NCBI GenBank assembly: GCA_965197725.1
Contig: CBDANQ010000015.1
Coordinates: 11,175 to 75,174, forward strand
DNA: 64,000 nucleotides
Source of the DNA: Longimicrobiales bacterium
GTDB taxonomy: Bacteria; Gemmatimonadota; Gemmatimonadetes; Longimicrobiales; Gaopeijiaceae
Direction of reading: 5' to 3'
The notes beneath the pieces were generated by a model, which saw nothing but the letters and a program-made list of their open reading frames with translations, was not told the origin of the DNA and did not search any database. Position numbers and translations under genes: made by a program. This document shows positions 42,392 through 53,630 of this stretch, piece after piece (the stretch's first letter is position 1; each line of letters starts with the position of its first letter).

Positions 42392-42891
42392 GACCCGTCC
42401 AGCGGAGGCTCGTGCTTCCCACCTCCCCCGCCGAGAAGGTCCACCGCATGCGCGAGCAGCGGACCGAGCACCACCAGACCGTCTCTGACACCCCCGGTGC
42501 TCCCCGGCAAATTCACGATGAGGGTTCGCGCTCGGGTGCCAGCGACCCCCCGAGACAGAGCCGAATACGGCGTGTTCTCGAGCCCTACCACGCGAATCCG
42601 CTCTGCGATTCCCGGCGCTTCGCGATCGAGCACGGACCTAGTCGCCTCCGGCGTGACGTCGCGGGGTGTGAGACCTGTGCCTCCGGTGGTCAGGATCACA
42701 TCCAAGCCGAGATCGTCGCACCAGGTCACGAGACAGCGGACGATGTCCGTGGTCTCATCAACGACGACGCTTCGAGCCACCGTCTCGTGTCCCTTCTCAG
42801 CACACCATGAGCCGATGAGAGCGCCGCTCCGGTCCTCGCGCTCCCCGCGCGCGCATCCGTCGCTCACCGTAAGGATGCCGATGCGGATCAC
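42388..42891 (-). CDS. MogA/MoaB-family molybdopterin adenylyltransferase
   Basis: LTVSD, DRSG, TTGGTGLTPRDVTPEAT, LSRG and NLPGS. Confidence 0.93.
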   Translation of the reverse strand: MIRIGILTVSDGCARGEREDRSGALIGSWCAEKGHETVARSVVVDETTDIVRCLVTWCDDLGLDVILTTGGTGLTPRDVTPEATRSVLDREAPGIAERIRVVGLENTPYSALSRGVAGTRARTLIVNLPGSTGGVRDGLVVLGPLLAHAVDLLGGGGGKHEPPLDGS

Positions 42892-43997
42892 CGTTTGATC
42901 GAGCCCGCGGTATAGAACGGCGAGCGCTGCACCGTAACATCGATTAGGCGGCCGCGCACGTCGATCTGGAGCCCGGTGCCGGGCTTGGAAAGCTCGGTGG
43001 GCACATACCCCATCGCGACCCCGATTCCGAGCGAGGGGCTGACGGTCCCGCTGGTGACGTTGCCGACCACCTCGTCCGCGTGCCTTACGTCATAGCCCGG
43101 TCGCGGAAAGCCCCTCGCCTCGAGGCGCATCGCCACGAGCCGACACGCAACTCCAGCCGCCTTCTGAGCGGCGAGCGCATCGCGACCGACGAAGTCCCCC
43201 TTGTCGAGCTTGGTGACCCAACCGAGGCCCGACTCGAGAGTGGTATGCTGCTCGTCGAGATCGTTGCCATAGAGCGCGTACCCCATCTCCAGGCGCAGCG
43301 AGTCACGGGCTCCGAGACCGACAGGGATGAGGCCGACGCCGGCGCCCGCTTCCAGCAGCGCGTCCCACAACCCCGGCGTGTCGTTCGCGTCGACGTACAG
43401 TTCGAACCCGTCCTCGCCGGTATAGCCGGTCCCGCTGATGACGGCGGGAACCCCAGCGACCTCGCCCTCGGTGAAGCGGTAGTACTTCACCTCATCGACG
43501 CCGATGCTCGTGAGCGGTCGGAGGATTTCCCGCGCCACGGGCCCCTGTAACGCGAGCAGCCCGGTGCCCTCCGACACGTCTTCCAGCTCGCACTCGAACG
43601 CCTGCGACTGGCCCTCGATCCAAGCCCAGTCCTTGGCCAAGTTCGAGGCGTTCACGACCAACATGTAGTGGTCGCGGAAGCGGTAGATGAGGAGGTCGTC
43701 GACGATGCCGCCGTCCTCCAGGCACATCGCCGAGTACTGCGCCTGACCGATGTCGATCGTGGCCGCATCGTTCACCGATGCGTGTTGGACCAGATCCAGC
43801 GCCTGCGGGCCCCGCACGACGAACTCACCCATGTGCGAGACGTCGAAGAGGCCTGCGGCCTCTCGGACCGCACGGTGTTCCGCGGTGATCCCGGTAGGGT
43901 ACTGAACAGGCATCTCGAAACCGGCAAAGGGAACGATCTTCCCGCCGGCGGCGACGTGACGGTCGTACAGAGGGGTGCGCTTGAGCGCGTCGGTCAT
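42888..43997 (-). CDS. gcvT: Glycine cleavage system aminomethyltransferase T
   Basis: [24 protein letters not shown] and [13 protein letters not shown]. Start ATG 43997. Confidence 0.96.
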   Translation of the reverse strand: MTDALKRTPLYDRHVAAGGKIVPFAGFEMPVQYPTGITAEHRAVREAAGLFDVSHMGEFVVRGPQALDLVQHASVNDAATIDIGQAQYSAMCLEDGGIVDDLLIYRFRDHYMLVVNASNLAKDWAWIEGQSQAFECELEDVSEGTGLLALQGPVAREILRPLTSIGVDEVKYYRFTEGEVAGVPAVISGTGYTGEDGFELYVDANDTPGLWDALLEAGAGVGLIPVGLGARDSLRLEMGYALYGNDLDEQHTTLESGLGWVTKLDKGDFVGRDALAAQKAAGVACRLVAMRLEARGFPRPGYDVRHADEVVGNVTSGTVSPSLGIGVAMGYVPTELSKPGTGLQIDVRGRLIDVTVQRSPFYTAGSIKR

Positions 43998-44896
43998 CCC
44001 ATGAGCTCCAGCAAGATCGCCTTTTGAGCGTGCAAGCGATTCTCCGCCTCGTCGAAGATGCGGGACTGGGGTCCGTCGATAACGCCCGCGGTGACTTCCT
44101 CCCCGCGGTGGGCCGGCAAGCAGTGGAGGAAGATCGCCGAGGGAGTGGCTTGGCCCATGAGTGCTTCGTCCACCAGAAACCCCTCGAAGGCCACCATGCG
44201 CTCCCGAGCCTCCTCCTCCTGGCCCATCGAAGCCCAGACGTCGGTGGTGACGACGTCCGCGCCCTGCACGGCCTCTGAGGGATCGCGGGTCAACACGACA
44301 GCGGCTTCGCCCTCGGCCCGCGCCACGATCTCGGGATCGGGGTCGTATCCCTCGGGACACGCCAGGCGCATCGAGAAGCCCAGGCGGTACGCCGCGTTCA
44401 GCCACGAATTGGCCACGTTATTGCCATCTCCGATCCACGCCACCGTGCGCGATGCGTGCTCGTTTCCAAACTCCTCAGCCATCGTCTGCAGGTCGGCAAT
44501 GATCTGGCACGGATGCAAGAGGTCAGTGAGCCCATTGATCACCGGAATCGACGCGTGCCCCGCGAACTCCTCCACCTCGGCGTGCGTGAACGTGCGAATC
44601 ATGATGCCGTCGACATAACGCGAGAGCACCTTGGCGGTGTCGTGCACGGTCTCGCCACGAGCTATTTGGCTGTCCCCGTCCGAGAGGAAGAGCGCGTGCC
44701 CCCCGAGTTGGCTCATGCCCACTTGGAACGACACTCGTGTGCGCGTGGAGCTCTTGCGGAAGATCATCGCCAGGGTCTTCCCGGTGAGCTGTGCTCCATC
44801 GACGCCCGCCTTCAGTAAGCGCGCACGCTCGAGCAGCTGTGTGAGCTCGTCACGACTGAAGTCCGCGATCGCGAGGAAGTCTCGCTTCTTAGCCAC
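43994..44896 (-). CDS. argF: Ornithine carbamoyltransferase
   Basis: SSTRTR, HPCQ, GDGNNVA, DVWASMG and FLHCLPAHRGEE. Confidence 0.96.
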   Translation of the reverse strand: MAKKRDFLAIADFSRDELTQLLERARLLKAGVDGAQLTGKTLAMIFRKSSTRTRVSFQVGMSQLGGHALFLSDGDSQIARGETVHDTAKVLSRYVDGIMIRTFTHAEVEEFAGHASIPVINGLTDLLHPCQIIADLQTMAEEFGNEHASRTVAWIGDGNNVANSWLNAAYRLGFSMRLACPEGYDPDPEIVARAEGEAAVVLTRDPSEAVQGADVVTTDVWASMGQEEEARERMVAFEGFLVDEALMGQATPSAIFLHCLPAHRGEEVTAGVIDGPQSRIFDEAENRLHAQKAILLELMG

Positions 44897-44899
44897 GTT

Positions 44900-46381
44900 C
44901 TACAGGATGTAGCGGATGAGGTCTTCGTCCTCGGAAATCTTGGCGAGTCGGTCCTGCACGAAGGCCGGGTCGACGTGTATGGCGTCGGTTCCCGCTTCCG
45001 GGAGATTGAACAGGACTGCTTCCAACAGCGTCGTCATCACGGTCTGCAGCCTACGGGCACCGATGTTCTCGAGGCGCTCGTTGAGCTGCATCGCGATTCG
45101 CGCGATCTCCGCTATGGCGTCGGCGGTGAACTCGATCTTGGCGCCTTCCGTCTCGATCATCGCCCGGTACTGCTCCAGGAGCGCGTTCTTCGGCTCCTGC
45201 AGAATGCGCACGAAATCCTCTTCCACGAGACTCCGCAGCTCCACGCGAACCGGGAAGCGACCTTGCAGTTCCGGAATCATGTCGGACGGTTTCGACACGT
45301 GGAAGGCACCGGCAGCAATGAAGAGGATGTGGTCCGTCCGCACGAGGCCGTACTTGGTGGAGACGGTGGAACCCTCGACGATCGGCAGCAGATCTCGCTG
45401 CACACCCTCGCGGCTCACGTCGGGCCCCTGCCCCCCCCCCTGTCCCACCACCTTGTCGATCTCGTCGAGAAAGACGATCCCCATCTCCTCAGCGCGGTAC
45501 AGCGCTTCGTTCACGACCTCGTCCATGTCGACGAGCTTGTCGAGTTCGTCTTGCAGGAGGATCCGCCTCGCCTCAGCGACCGACACGGTCCGTCGCTTGG
45601 TCTTCTTCGGCAGCATGTCCTGCAACATCTCGGTGAAGCTGTGATCGAGCCCGTCGCCACCACCCATCGGGATCATCATCCCTTCGATGTTCGGGGTCTG
45701 GCTCACTTCGATCTCGATCTCGCGGTCCTCCAGTTTCCCGTCGATCAGGAGCTTGCGGAGCTTGTCTCTGGTGCGTTGCCGACGCTCGACCATTCCCTCT
45801 TCGTGTTCTTCGGCCACGCCAGTCGGGCCCGCGACGAAGATGTGCGGTCGCTCGTCACCCGGTGGCGGCTCCGGGTCCGGATTCGACACGGGCAGCAGCA
45901 GCTCCAGGATGCGTTCCTCGGCCCGCGCCTCGGCGGTTTCCTGTACCTCGTACTCGCGATCCGCTCGCACCAAGTTGATGGAGATGTCGACCAGGTCGCG
46001 GATCATCGACTCGACGTCTCGACCCACATACCCGACCTCGGTGAACTTGGACGCCTCCACCTTCAGGAACGGCGCCCCCGCAAGCCCCGCGAGGCGGCGT
46101 GCGATTTCTGTCTTCCCCACGCCGGTGGGGCCGATGAGAATGAGGTTGTTCGGCGCGATCTCATGCCGCATCTCCTCGTCGACGCGCTGCCGCCTCCAGC
46201 GATTCCGCAGCACGATCGCGACCGCCTTCTTCGCATCGTCCTGTCCGATGATGTACTTGTCGAGTTCGGAGACGATCTGACTCGGCGTGAGTTCGTCCAG
46301 CCAAACCGGCTCCTGTGGCTCGTCGTCAGCTGTCAGCGGCTGTTCCGCCGGGCCCTGGGATTCGAGCGCGTTGCCCGTCAT
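44900..46381 (-). CDS. hslU: HslUV protease ATPase subunit
   Basis: [46 protein letters not shown] and C-terminal RYIL. Confidence 0.97.
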   Translation of the reverse strand: MTGNALESQGPAEQPLTADDEPQEPVWLDELTPSQIVSELDKYIIGQDDAKKAVAIVLRNRWRRQRVDEEMRHEIAPNNLILIGPTGVGKTEIARRLAGLAGAPFLKVEASKFTEVGYVGRDVESMIRDLVDISINLVRADREYEVQETAEARAEERILELLLPVSNPDPEPPPGDERPHIFVAGPTGVAEEHEEGMVERRQRTRDKLRKLLIDGKLEDREIEIEVSQTPNIEGMMIPMGGGDGLDHSFTEMLQDMLPKKTKRRTVSVAEARRILLQDELDKLVDMDEVVNEALYRAEEMGIVFLDEIDKVVGQGGGQGPDVSREGVQRDLLPIVEGSTVSTKYGLVRTDHILFIAAGAFHVSKPSDMIPELQGRFPVRVELRSLVEEDFVRILQEPKNALLEQYRAMIETEGAKIEFTADAIAEIARIAMQLNERLENIGARRLQTVMTTLLEAVLFNLPEAGTDAIHVDPAFVQDRLAKISEDEDLIRYIL

Positions 46382-46944
46382 GCCTCCCCTCCAACATCGT
46401 CTTCACCCAGCTCGAGCACGACGATGTCCCGATTCGTGTAGATACAGATGTCCCCTGCGATCTCCAGCGCGCGCTGGACGATCTCGGGGGCTTCGAGGTT
46501 CGAGTGCTCCTGAAGCGCGCGGGCCGCCGCCAGCGCGAAGGAGCCACCAGAGCCGATCGCGAGCACTCCGTCGTCGGGTTCGATGACGTCACCGGTACCA
46601 CTCAGCAGGAACAAGTGATCCCTGTCGGCCACCGCGAGCAGCGCGTCCAGCCGGCGCAAGTAGCGGTCGGTACGCCAGTCCTTGGCGAGCTCGACGACGG
46701 CCCTACGCATGTTGGCCGGATACCGCTCGAGCTTCTCCTCGAGCTTCTCGAAGAGCGTGAACGCATCCGCGACCGCGCCCGCAAAACCCGCGAGGATCGT
46801 GCCGTCCTTCAAGGATCGGACTTTGCGCGCTTTGCCCTTCACTACGGTGTCGCCCATCGTGACTTGCCCGTCTCCACCCATAGCGACCCGGCCATCACGA
46901 CGGACCGCGAGCACGGTCGTCGCTCGGGCTTCCGGTAGTGTCAT
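46378..46944 (-). CDS. hslV: HslUV protease peptidase subunit
   Basis: ATTVLAV (catalytic Thr), [25 protein letters not shown] and ICIYTN. Confidence 0.97.
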   Translation of the reverse strand: MTLPEARATTVLAVRRDGRVAMGGDGQVTMGDTVVKGKARKVRSLKDGTILAGFAGAVADAFTLFEKLEEKLERYPANMRRAVVELAKDWRTDRYLRRLDALLAVADRDHLFLLSGTGDVIEPDDGVLAIGSGGSFALAAARALQEHSNLEAPEIVQRALEIAGDICIYTNRDIVVLELGEDDVGGEA

Positions 46945-46998
46945 CTGTCGCAACTCTCGTGGAATTCCATCGTGGCACGGCTGAATGGAGCGGTTGGG

Positions 46999-47046
46999 TG
47001 CAAGCGCGGGGCCACTAATCTAACGCTGGCGCTGCCGAAATGGCAG
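46999..47046 (-). promoter_or_regulatory. Sigma-54 promoter for hslVU plus upstream CTGCC-N5-GGCAG palindrome
   Basis: Minus strand TGGCCCCGCGCTTGCA (46999-47014; GG-N10-GC) and CTGCCATTTCGGCAG (47032-47046) in the xerC-hslV gap. Confidence 0.65.
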
Positions 47047-47062
47047 TCTAGCGGGCCCGACG

Positions 47063-48007
47063 CTACTCGCCTCGCGGGTGCGCGTCCCTGTAGACCCGAA
47101 TCAAGCGGTCTTTGGTCGTGTGCGTGTAGATCTGGGTCGTGGACAGCGAAACGTGGCCGAGCAGCTCCTTGACCGCGAGCAGATCGGCTCCCGCGTCCAA
47201 CAGATGGGTCGCGAAGGAGTGTCGTAGCGCGTGAGCGGAGAGTCCCCGCGCGCCGGCGGCCACTTCGAAACAGGCGCTCACCGCGGCCTGGATGGAGCGG
47301 CGCGAGAGCCGTCCACCGCGTGCGTTCACGAGCAGCGCGTCGTCCGCGCGGTTCGGTACCTCTGCGCGCCGTGGCTCGTAGTGAGCGATTGCGGTGAGAG
47401 ACGCATCGGAAACGGGAACGATGCGTTCCTTCCTGCCCTTGCCCATCACGCGGACCAGCTTCGAGCCCGGGTCGATCGAACCGAGGTCGACGGCGTGCAA
47501 CTCGGAGAGCCGTAAGCCGCTCCCATAGAGAAGCTCGAGAATGACGAGGTCACGGGCGGTACTCAGCGTGTTGTGTTCGGCTCGCTTCTTCGCCTCAGCG
47601 AAGACGTCTCGCACGTCCCCACGGGTCAGATGCCCCGGGAGCGTTTTTTCGGTCTTCGGAGCTCGCACGGCGCTCGCCGGGTTGCTCGGTATGCGGTCCT
47701 CGCCGTGCAAGAATCTGAAGAAGGATCGAGTCGCCGAGAGCTTTCGACCGACCGTGCGCTTGCTCAGCCCCTTGCGACCGAGCCAGCCCATGAAGCCCCG
47801 CAGAGCAAGACGGTCTACGTCCTTGTCGGCCCAGCGCCAATGCGCGTGGCCGAGATACCCGGTCAGGAATTCGCTCAGCTGGCGCAGGTCGAGCTCATAG
47901 GCCGTGACCGTGTGGCCCGAGAGTTGCCGTTCGGCAGCGAGGTGTCGCAGGAAGTCTCGAACCTCGGTGCTCGCCGGGTGACCGTTCAGGAGACCGCCCT
48001 CAGTCAC
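47063..48007 (-). CDS. xerC: Tyrosine recombinase XerC
   Basis: GLRLSEL, GKGRKERIVP, HALRHSFATH and LLGHVSLSTTQIYTH, in topA-trmFO-xerC-hslVU synteny. Confidence 0.9.
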   Translation of the reverse strand: MTEGGLLNGHPASTEVRDFLRHLAAERQLSGHTVTAYELDLRQLSEFLTGYLGHAHWRWADKDVDRLALRGFMGWLGRKGLSKRTVGRKLSATRSFFRFLHGEDRIPSNPASAVRAPKTEKTLPGHLTRGDVRDVFAEAKKRAEHNTLSTARDLVILELLYGSGLRLSELHAVDLGSIDPGSKLVRVMGKGRKERIVPVSDASLTAIAHYEPRRAEVPNRADDALLVNARGGRLSRRSIQAAVSACFEVAAGARGLSAHALRHSFATHLLDAGADLLAVKELLGHVSLSTTQIYTHTTKDRLIRVYRDAHPRGE

Positions 48008-49331
48008 CAGCCGATGGTGCGACGAAAGCTCCGAGTCCGTGCCCCGCCATCCAGGTCAAGAAGTCTTCCTGGGCACGCTCGGCGAGCGCTTGTCGCCTCT
48101 GCTTCTTGCCTTTAATTCGCCTTTCGAGCGGCTCAACCAACCCCCAGTTCGAGTTCATCGGCTGAAAGTGACCTGGTTGGGCTTCCCTCAGGTATTGGAA
48201 GAGTCCGCCGAGCATGGTCGTCGGGGGCGGCACGATCGCGTCTTCGCAAGCGAGAACTCGAGCCAGGTTGATGCCCGCCAGGATTCCGCTTGCCGCCGAC
48301 TCCGTGTATCCCTCCACGCCAGTGAGCTGCCCCGCGAAAACGACGTCCGGACGAGACGCCGGGGCTCCGTACAACGAGAGCCGCTCGGGGAAGTTCAGAT
48401 AGCTATTCCGGTGAATCGAACCCAGGCGCAGGAATTCCGCGTCGGCAAGCCCCGGAATCATGGAGAAGATCCGGCGCTGCTCACCGACCCTGAGACGAGT
48501 CTGAAAACCGACCATGTTCCACATTTGACCGGTGCGATCTTCGCGGCGGAGCTGGACGACCGCCCACGGTCGGTCGCCCGTCCGTGGATCTGTGAGACCG
48601 ATCGGCTTCATGGGTCCGAAGCGGAGGGTGTCGAGACCGCGGGACGCCATGACCTCGACGGGCAGACACCCCTCGAAGTACGGCACGGCATCCCAATCGT
48701 GGCCCTCGTGGACTTGACCCGTGTTCAGCGCCTTGATGAACGCGGCGTACTCCTCCTCGTTCATCGGACAGTTCAGATAGTCGGAGTCCTCATCGAAGCG
48801 GCCCGCTTCGAAGACTACGCTCTCGTCCACACTGTCACGGTGCACGATCGGAGCGATCGCGTCGAAGAATGCGAGGCCGCCGTCGCCGAGAGCCTCCTGG
48901 ATCGCGCTCGAGAGCGCGTCAGAGGTGAGAGGGCCCGTGGCGATGATCGCGGGGCCTTCGGGCAGCCCCGTGCACTCCTCCCTCACGACCTGGATTCGTG
49001 CCTCGGCCTCCACCGCGGCGGTCATCGCCTGCGCGAAGAGGCCGCGGTCCACCGCGAGCGCCGACCCCGCCGCCACCCGCGACTGCTCGGCCGAGCGCAG
49101 CAGAACCGATCCGAGCGCTCTCATCTCCCGCTTGAGCTGGCCGTGGGCGTTCTCGGGGCCCTCGCTCTTGAAGGAGTTCGTGCACACGAGCTCGCCGAGG
49201 TCCTCGGTCTGGTGTGCCTCAGTGCTGCGCACGGGACGCATCTCAACGAGGTCAACGTCGTGCCCCCTCTGTGCGAGCTGAAGCGCGGCTTCACAACCGG
49301 CCAGCCCTCCTCCGACTACAGTGACCGTCAC
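48000..49331 (-). CDS. trmFO: Folate/FAD-dependent tRNA (uracil-54) methyltransferase
   Basis: GGGLAGCEAA, ELVCTNSF, FGPMKPIGL, NMVGFQT and FAGQLTGVEGYTES. Confidence 0.96.
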   Translation of the reverse strand: MTVTVVGGGLAGCEAALQLAQRGHDVDLVEMRPVRSTEAHQTEDLGELVCTNSFKSEGPENAHGQLKREMRALGSVLLRSAEQSRVAAGSALAVDRGLFAQAMTAAVEAEARIQVVREECTGLPEGPAIIATGPLTSDALSSAIQEALGDGGLAFFDAIAPIVHRDSVDESVVFEAGRFDEDSDYLNCPMNEEEYAAFIKALNTGQVHEGHDWDAVPYFEGCLPVEVMASRGLDTLRFGPMKPIGLTDPRTGDRPWAVVQLRREDRTGQMWNMVGFQTRLRVGEQRRIFSMIPGLADAEFLRLGSIHRNSYLNFPERLSLYGAPASRPDVVFAGQLTGVEGYTESAASGILAGINLARVLACEDAIVPPPTTMLGGLFQYLREAQPGHFQPMNSNWGLVEPLERRIKGKKQRRQALAERAQEDFLTWMAGHGLGAFVAPSAGD

Positions 49332-51815
49332 TGCTTTCCCCGCCGCCGGCCTTTCTTTGCACCCTTCCGCGCCGCCTTCTTGGCAAGTAAGTCCACAGCG
49401 AGGTCGAGGTCCACGTCCTCCGGTTCGGTGCGCTTGGGCAGCGTCGCGTTGATGCTTCCGTCGGTCACAAACGGACCGTACCGGCCGGAAAGTATCACCA
49501 GCTCGTCGCCGGAATCAGGGTGTTTTCCCAGCTCCCTGAGTGCCGTTCGCTTCCCGGAGGCCTTGGCCCTTATCAACTCGACCGCCTCCTCCAAGGTTAC
49601 CGACCACATATGATCGTGATCCTTGAGGCTCGCGAACGTCTTACCCCTGCGTACGAACGGGCCGAAGCGGCCGAGGCCAGCGACGATCTCCTCGTCGGTC
49701 TCGGGGTCCACGCCGATGGGGCGCGGCAGCTCCAGCATCTTCACCGCGTAGTCCAGATCTACGTCCTGGGGCCGCTTACCCTTAGGCAGGCTCGAGCGCT
49801 TCGGCTCCTTGCCTTCCTCCTCCGACTCGAGTTCGATGTACGGGCCATATGGGCCGTACTTGAGTCGGACCAAGCCTCCCTTCTCGGGATGCGGACCGAG
49901 TTCGTCACCCTCGGGATTGAAGCCGTCCAGTGAGCGGGTGCTCCTGCACTCGGGGTACCCGGAGCAGCCGAGGAAGCGACCGAACCGATTCCAGCGCACG
50001 AGCATGGGCCGACCGCACCGATCACAGTTCTCACCCTCGGCGGCCAGGATCTCCTTGATGATCGCGTCGGAGTTGGCGTCGCCCGCCTCGATGCGCTCGC
50101 GGAGCCGCGGGTAGAAGTCCTCGAGCAGGCTGCGCCACCCGACCTCACCGTCCTCGACACCGTCAAGCTCGTTCTCCATCCGGCTGGTGAACTCGACGTC
50201 GAACAGGTCCGGGAAGATGCGGACGAGCAACTTCGACACGACCTCGCCAAGATCAGTCGGGTGGAAGCGACGCTGCTCGAGTTCCACGTAGCCCCGGTCG
50301 ATGATCACCGAGATGGTCTGCTCGTACGTGGAGGGGCGCCCGATGCCGAGCTTCTCCATCTCCTTGACGAGGCTCGCCTCCGAGTACCGCGGCGCAGGCT
50401 GCGTGAAGTGCTGCTTCGGCTCGATGCGCCCGAGCTCAGCGACATACCCATGGTTCAGGTCAGGAAGGGGCTCCAGATCGTCGAGGCGCCGGTGCTCTCC
50501 GGCTTCGGTCGCCTCCAGGTAGAGCCGGGTGAAGCCCCGGAACTTCACGATCGAGCCGGTCGAGCGAAACAAGAAATGTCGCCCTGAGCCGCCAGCGAGG
50601 TCGAAATCCACCGTCGTGGTGTCGTACACCGCCGGCGACATCTGGCTCGCGACGAAACGGAGCCAGATGAGTTCGTACAGCTTGGCCTGGTCCTGCTCGA
50701 GGTACTGCGAGGCTTCCGAAGGGTGGAGCGTGACGTCCGTCGGACGAACGGCCTCGTGCGCGTCCTGCGCCGCCCGCTGCTGCTTGCCACCATACAGCCG
50801 CAGTGATTTCGGAATGTACGAGTCCCCGAACTCAGCCGTGATCCACGTCCGTGCTTCATCGACCGCGGTCGGGGAGACCCGAGTCGAGTCCGTTCTCATG
50901 TACGTGATGAGACCTATTTGGCCCCGGCTACCGATGGTCTGGCCCTCGTACAGCCGTTGAGCGTTGGTCATCGTCCTGCGGGCCGAAAAACGCAACCGCT
51001 TCGCCGCCTCTTGCTGCAACGTCGAGGTGGTGAACGGCGCGGCCGGATTCTTCCGCCGCTCGCGTCGCTTGACGTCGGTGACCGCAAACGGCACGTCCGC
51101 TAGGTCGCGCACAACGCCGGCTGCAGCCTCTTCGTTCTCGAGAGTGAACTTCTTGCCGTCGATCTGGTGCAGCTTGGCCTCGAACGCTTGATCGTCGCGG
51201 CTCAAGTGCGCGGTGATCGACCAGTACTCCTGCTCGACGAATGCGCGGGACCTCGTCCTCGCGCTCGCCAGGATGAGCCGGAGCGCCACGGTCTGCACTC
51301 TGCCTGCCGACAGCCCCGGACGGATCGGCTTCCAGAGCATGGGGCTGACCTGGTACCCGACGAGCCGGTCGAGAATCCGACGCGCCTGCTGGGCTTCGAT
51401 CTTCTTGGTGTCCAGCACTTCCGGAGCGTCCAGAGCAGCCTGAACCGCACGCTTGGTGACTTCTCGGAACGTGACCCGCTGGAAACGGCCCTCGGTCCTT
51501 CTCGTACCCAAGCTGCTCCGCGACGTGATACGCGATCGCCTCGCCTTCACGATCGGGGTCGGTCGCGAGGATGATGCGATCAGCGCCCTTGGCTTTCTTC
51601 TTGAGTTCCTCGATCACCTTGCCCTTGCCCCTGATCGTCACGTACTTGGGCTCGAAACCGTTGTCGACGTCGACGCCCAGTTCCTTGGTGGGCAGGTCCC
51701 GGACGTGGCCCACGGACGCCACGACCTCATATCCCTTGCCGAGGTATTTTCCGATTGTGCGTGCCTTCGCCGGGGACTCGACGATGACGAGGCGCCTACC
51801 GCCGTTGTCGCTCAT
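49328..51815 (-). CDS. topA: DNA topoisomerase I (frameshifted in this sequence)
   Basis: Toprim [11 protein letters not shown] and [12 protein letters not shown] are in one frame. [23 protein letters not shown], a zinc ribbon and GRFG/GRYG repeats are in another. Apparent extra bases at about 51490 and 51247-51272. Confidence 0.93.
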
Positions 51816-52356
51816 TCAGTGCCTGTTGTGGGTTCATTCAGCCCCAGAAGCTGCATGACTCGAATCGACACATCTTCTACGGAGAAGCCCTCCGTGTCTA
51901 CCTCATACTCCGATCTCGCGTACAGCGGCATTCGCAGAAGCAATAGTTCTTGTGCCGCGGCGAGAGCGTCCGGCCTCCTCAACAACGGGCGGTAGTGCGG
52001 CTGAGTGCCCGCGCGCCGAACCGCCTCTTCAGCGCTCACGCGGAGCCAAACGGTAGTGGTTCCCCGAGAGAGGTCGTTCAGTCGGCCGGGCACCGCAGCC
52101 CAGCCCCCGCCGCTCGCGACGACGACATGCTCCTCCATCAGGAGCGACTGCATGACCTCGTGCTCGATCTCTCGGAATCGAGGCTCACCGAGCGTCGAGA
52201 AGATGTCCGGGATCAGAATGCCCTGTTCTCGCTCCACGGCGTCGTCCGCATCGGCGAAGCGCCAACCCAGACGCCCTGCCAGGTCCGCACCCACGCTGGA
52301 CTTGCCCGACCCATGAATCCCACGAGAAGTATTCGGAGGGGGTCGGACCCGGTCAC
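51812..52356 (-). CDS. aroK: Shikimate kinase (single-base frameshift in this sequence)
   Basis: RILLVGFMG and SGKSSVG are split across frames at about 52311 (ATG-GG-TCG-GGC-AAG). [13 protein letters not shown] and RPLL follow. Confidence 0.9.
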
Positions 52357-53558
52357 CGTTCGCCGAAGTCGCGCTCGGCCAGGTACGCGAGATAGCCATC
52401 GAAGTTTCGACGGATCTCGCTGATCGAGTCTCCGCCGAACTTCTCCAGAAACGCGTCCGCGAGCACCAACGCGACCATCGCCTCCGCTACGACCGCAGCG
52501 GCCGGTACCGCGCACACGTCGCTGCGCTCGACGGCCGCGTCACCCTCGGAGCCATCCCGCAGGTCCACGCTCGGCAGCCGCTTCCTCAGCGTCGAGATCG
52601 GCTTCATCGCGCCACGAACAATGAGCGGCTCACCGGTCGTAACGCCGCCTTCGAGCCCCCCAGCCCGATTCGATGCGCGGCCGAGGCCACCCGCGCGCGG
52701 CTTCTCTTCCGCGCGCACGATATGGTCGTGAACCTCGGAACCCGGACGTCGCGCACCCTCGAATCCGAGTCCGAGCTCGACCCCTTTCACCGCCTGAATC
52801 GACATCACGGCTCCGGCCAGCCGGCCGTCCAGCTTCCGGTCCCATGAGACGTAGCTCCCGAGCCCTACCGGCGCGCCGGTAACGACGACTTCGAAGATTC
52901 CTCCGAGCGTATCACCGCGCTCCTTCGCCTGATCGATCTCCTCCATGATGCGCGTCGCGGCATCGTCGTCGAGGCAGCGTACCGGGTTGGGGTCGGCGGC
53001 CGCGTTGATGTCCTCGGGAAGCTCGTCGATCTCCACCCGCACCGGGCCGATCGAGACGACATGACTCCCGATGGAGATGCCGAACCCAGCGAGCAGGCGC
53101 TTCGCTACCGCTCCACACGCGACGCGCGCCGCGGTCTCCCGCGCGCTGGCCCGCTCGAGGACGTCGCGCACGTCCCGCCGGTCGTACTTGAGCGCGCCCA
53201 CGAGATCCGCGTGTCCCGGGCGGGGTAGGTAGTGAGGCCGCAGCGCCTTGGGATTCGCGTCCTCAGCAGGCGCATCGTGGCTCATCGCGATGGTCCAGTT
53301 CTCCCAGTCCCGGTTCCAGATCGTCATGGAGATCGGGGATCCGAGCGTCTCGCCCAGGCGGACTCCACTGAGCAGTTCCGCTTGATCGGACTCGATCTGC
53401 ATGCGCCGGCCCCGACCGTACCCACCCTGTCTTCGCTTGAGCTCCGGATCGACGTCTCGGGACATGTCGAGCTCGAGTCCCGCGGGTATTCCCTCGATGA
53501 GGGCGGTAAGCCCCCTGCCGTGGGATTCGCCTGCGGTGCGGAACGAAATGCGCTTCAT
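52353..53558 (-). CDS. aroC: Chorismate synthase
   Basis: TAGESHG, RRQGGYGRG, PRPGHAD, ERASARET, MKPISTL and ERSDVCAVP. Confidence 0.98.
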   Translation of the reverse strand: MKRISFRTAGESHGRGLTALIEGIPAGLELDMSRDVDPELKRRQGGYGRGRRMQIESDQAELLSGVRLGETLGSPISMTIWNRDWENWTIAMSHDAPAEDANPKALRPHYLPRPGHADLVGALKYDRRDVRDVLERASARETAARVACGAVAKRLLAGFGISIGSHVVSIGPVRVEIDELPEDINAAADPNPVRCLDDDAATRIMEEIDQAKERGDTLGGIFEVVVTGAPVGLGSYVSWDRKLDGRLAGAVMSIQAVKGVELGLGFEGARRPGSEVHDHIVRAEEKPRAGGLGRASNRAGGLEGGVTTGEPLIVRGAMKPISTLRKRLPSVDLRDGSEGDAAVERSDVCAVPAAAVVAEAMVALVLADAFLEKFGGDSISEIRRNFDGYLAYLAERDFGER

Positions 53559-53599
53559 GCTCGTCTATTAGGAGGCTGTTGAGTGGACCGGATGGCACC

Positions 53600-53630
53600 T
53601 GAGCATATTGAGCATATATTGAGCATATAT
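53600..53630. repeat. Imperfect triple direct repeat TGAGCATAT(AT) upstream of aroC
   Basis: tgagcatat-tgagcatatat-tgagcatatat, flanked by GCACCT...AGGTGC. Confidence 0.85.

Noticed and set aside
47063..48007. Tyrosine recombinase as a mobile-element integrase
   Set aside because: Size, motifs and topA-trmFO-xerC-hslVU context indicate housekeeping XerC.
53600..53630. Short direct repeats as a mini-CRISPR or iteron array
   Set aside because: The units are 9-11 nt with no spacers, and no cas or rep genes are in the window.
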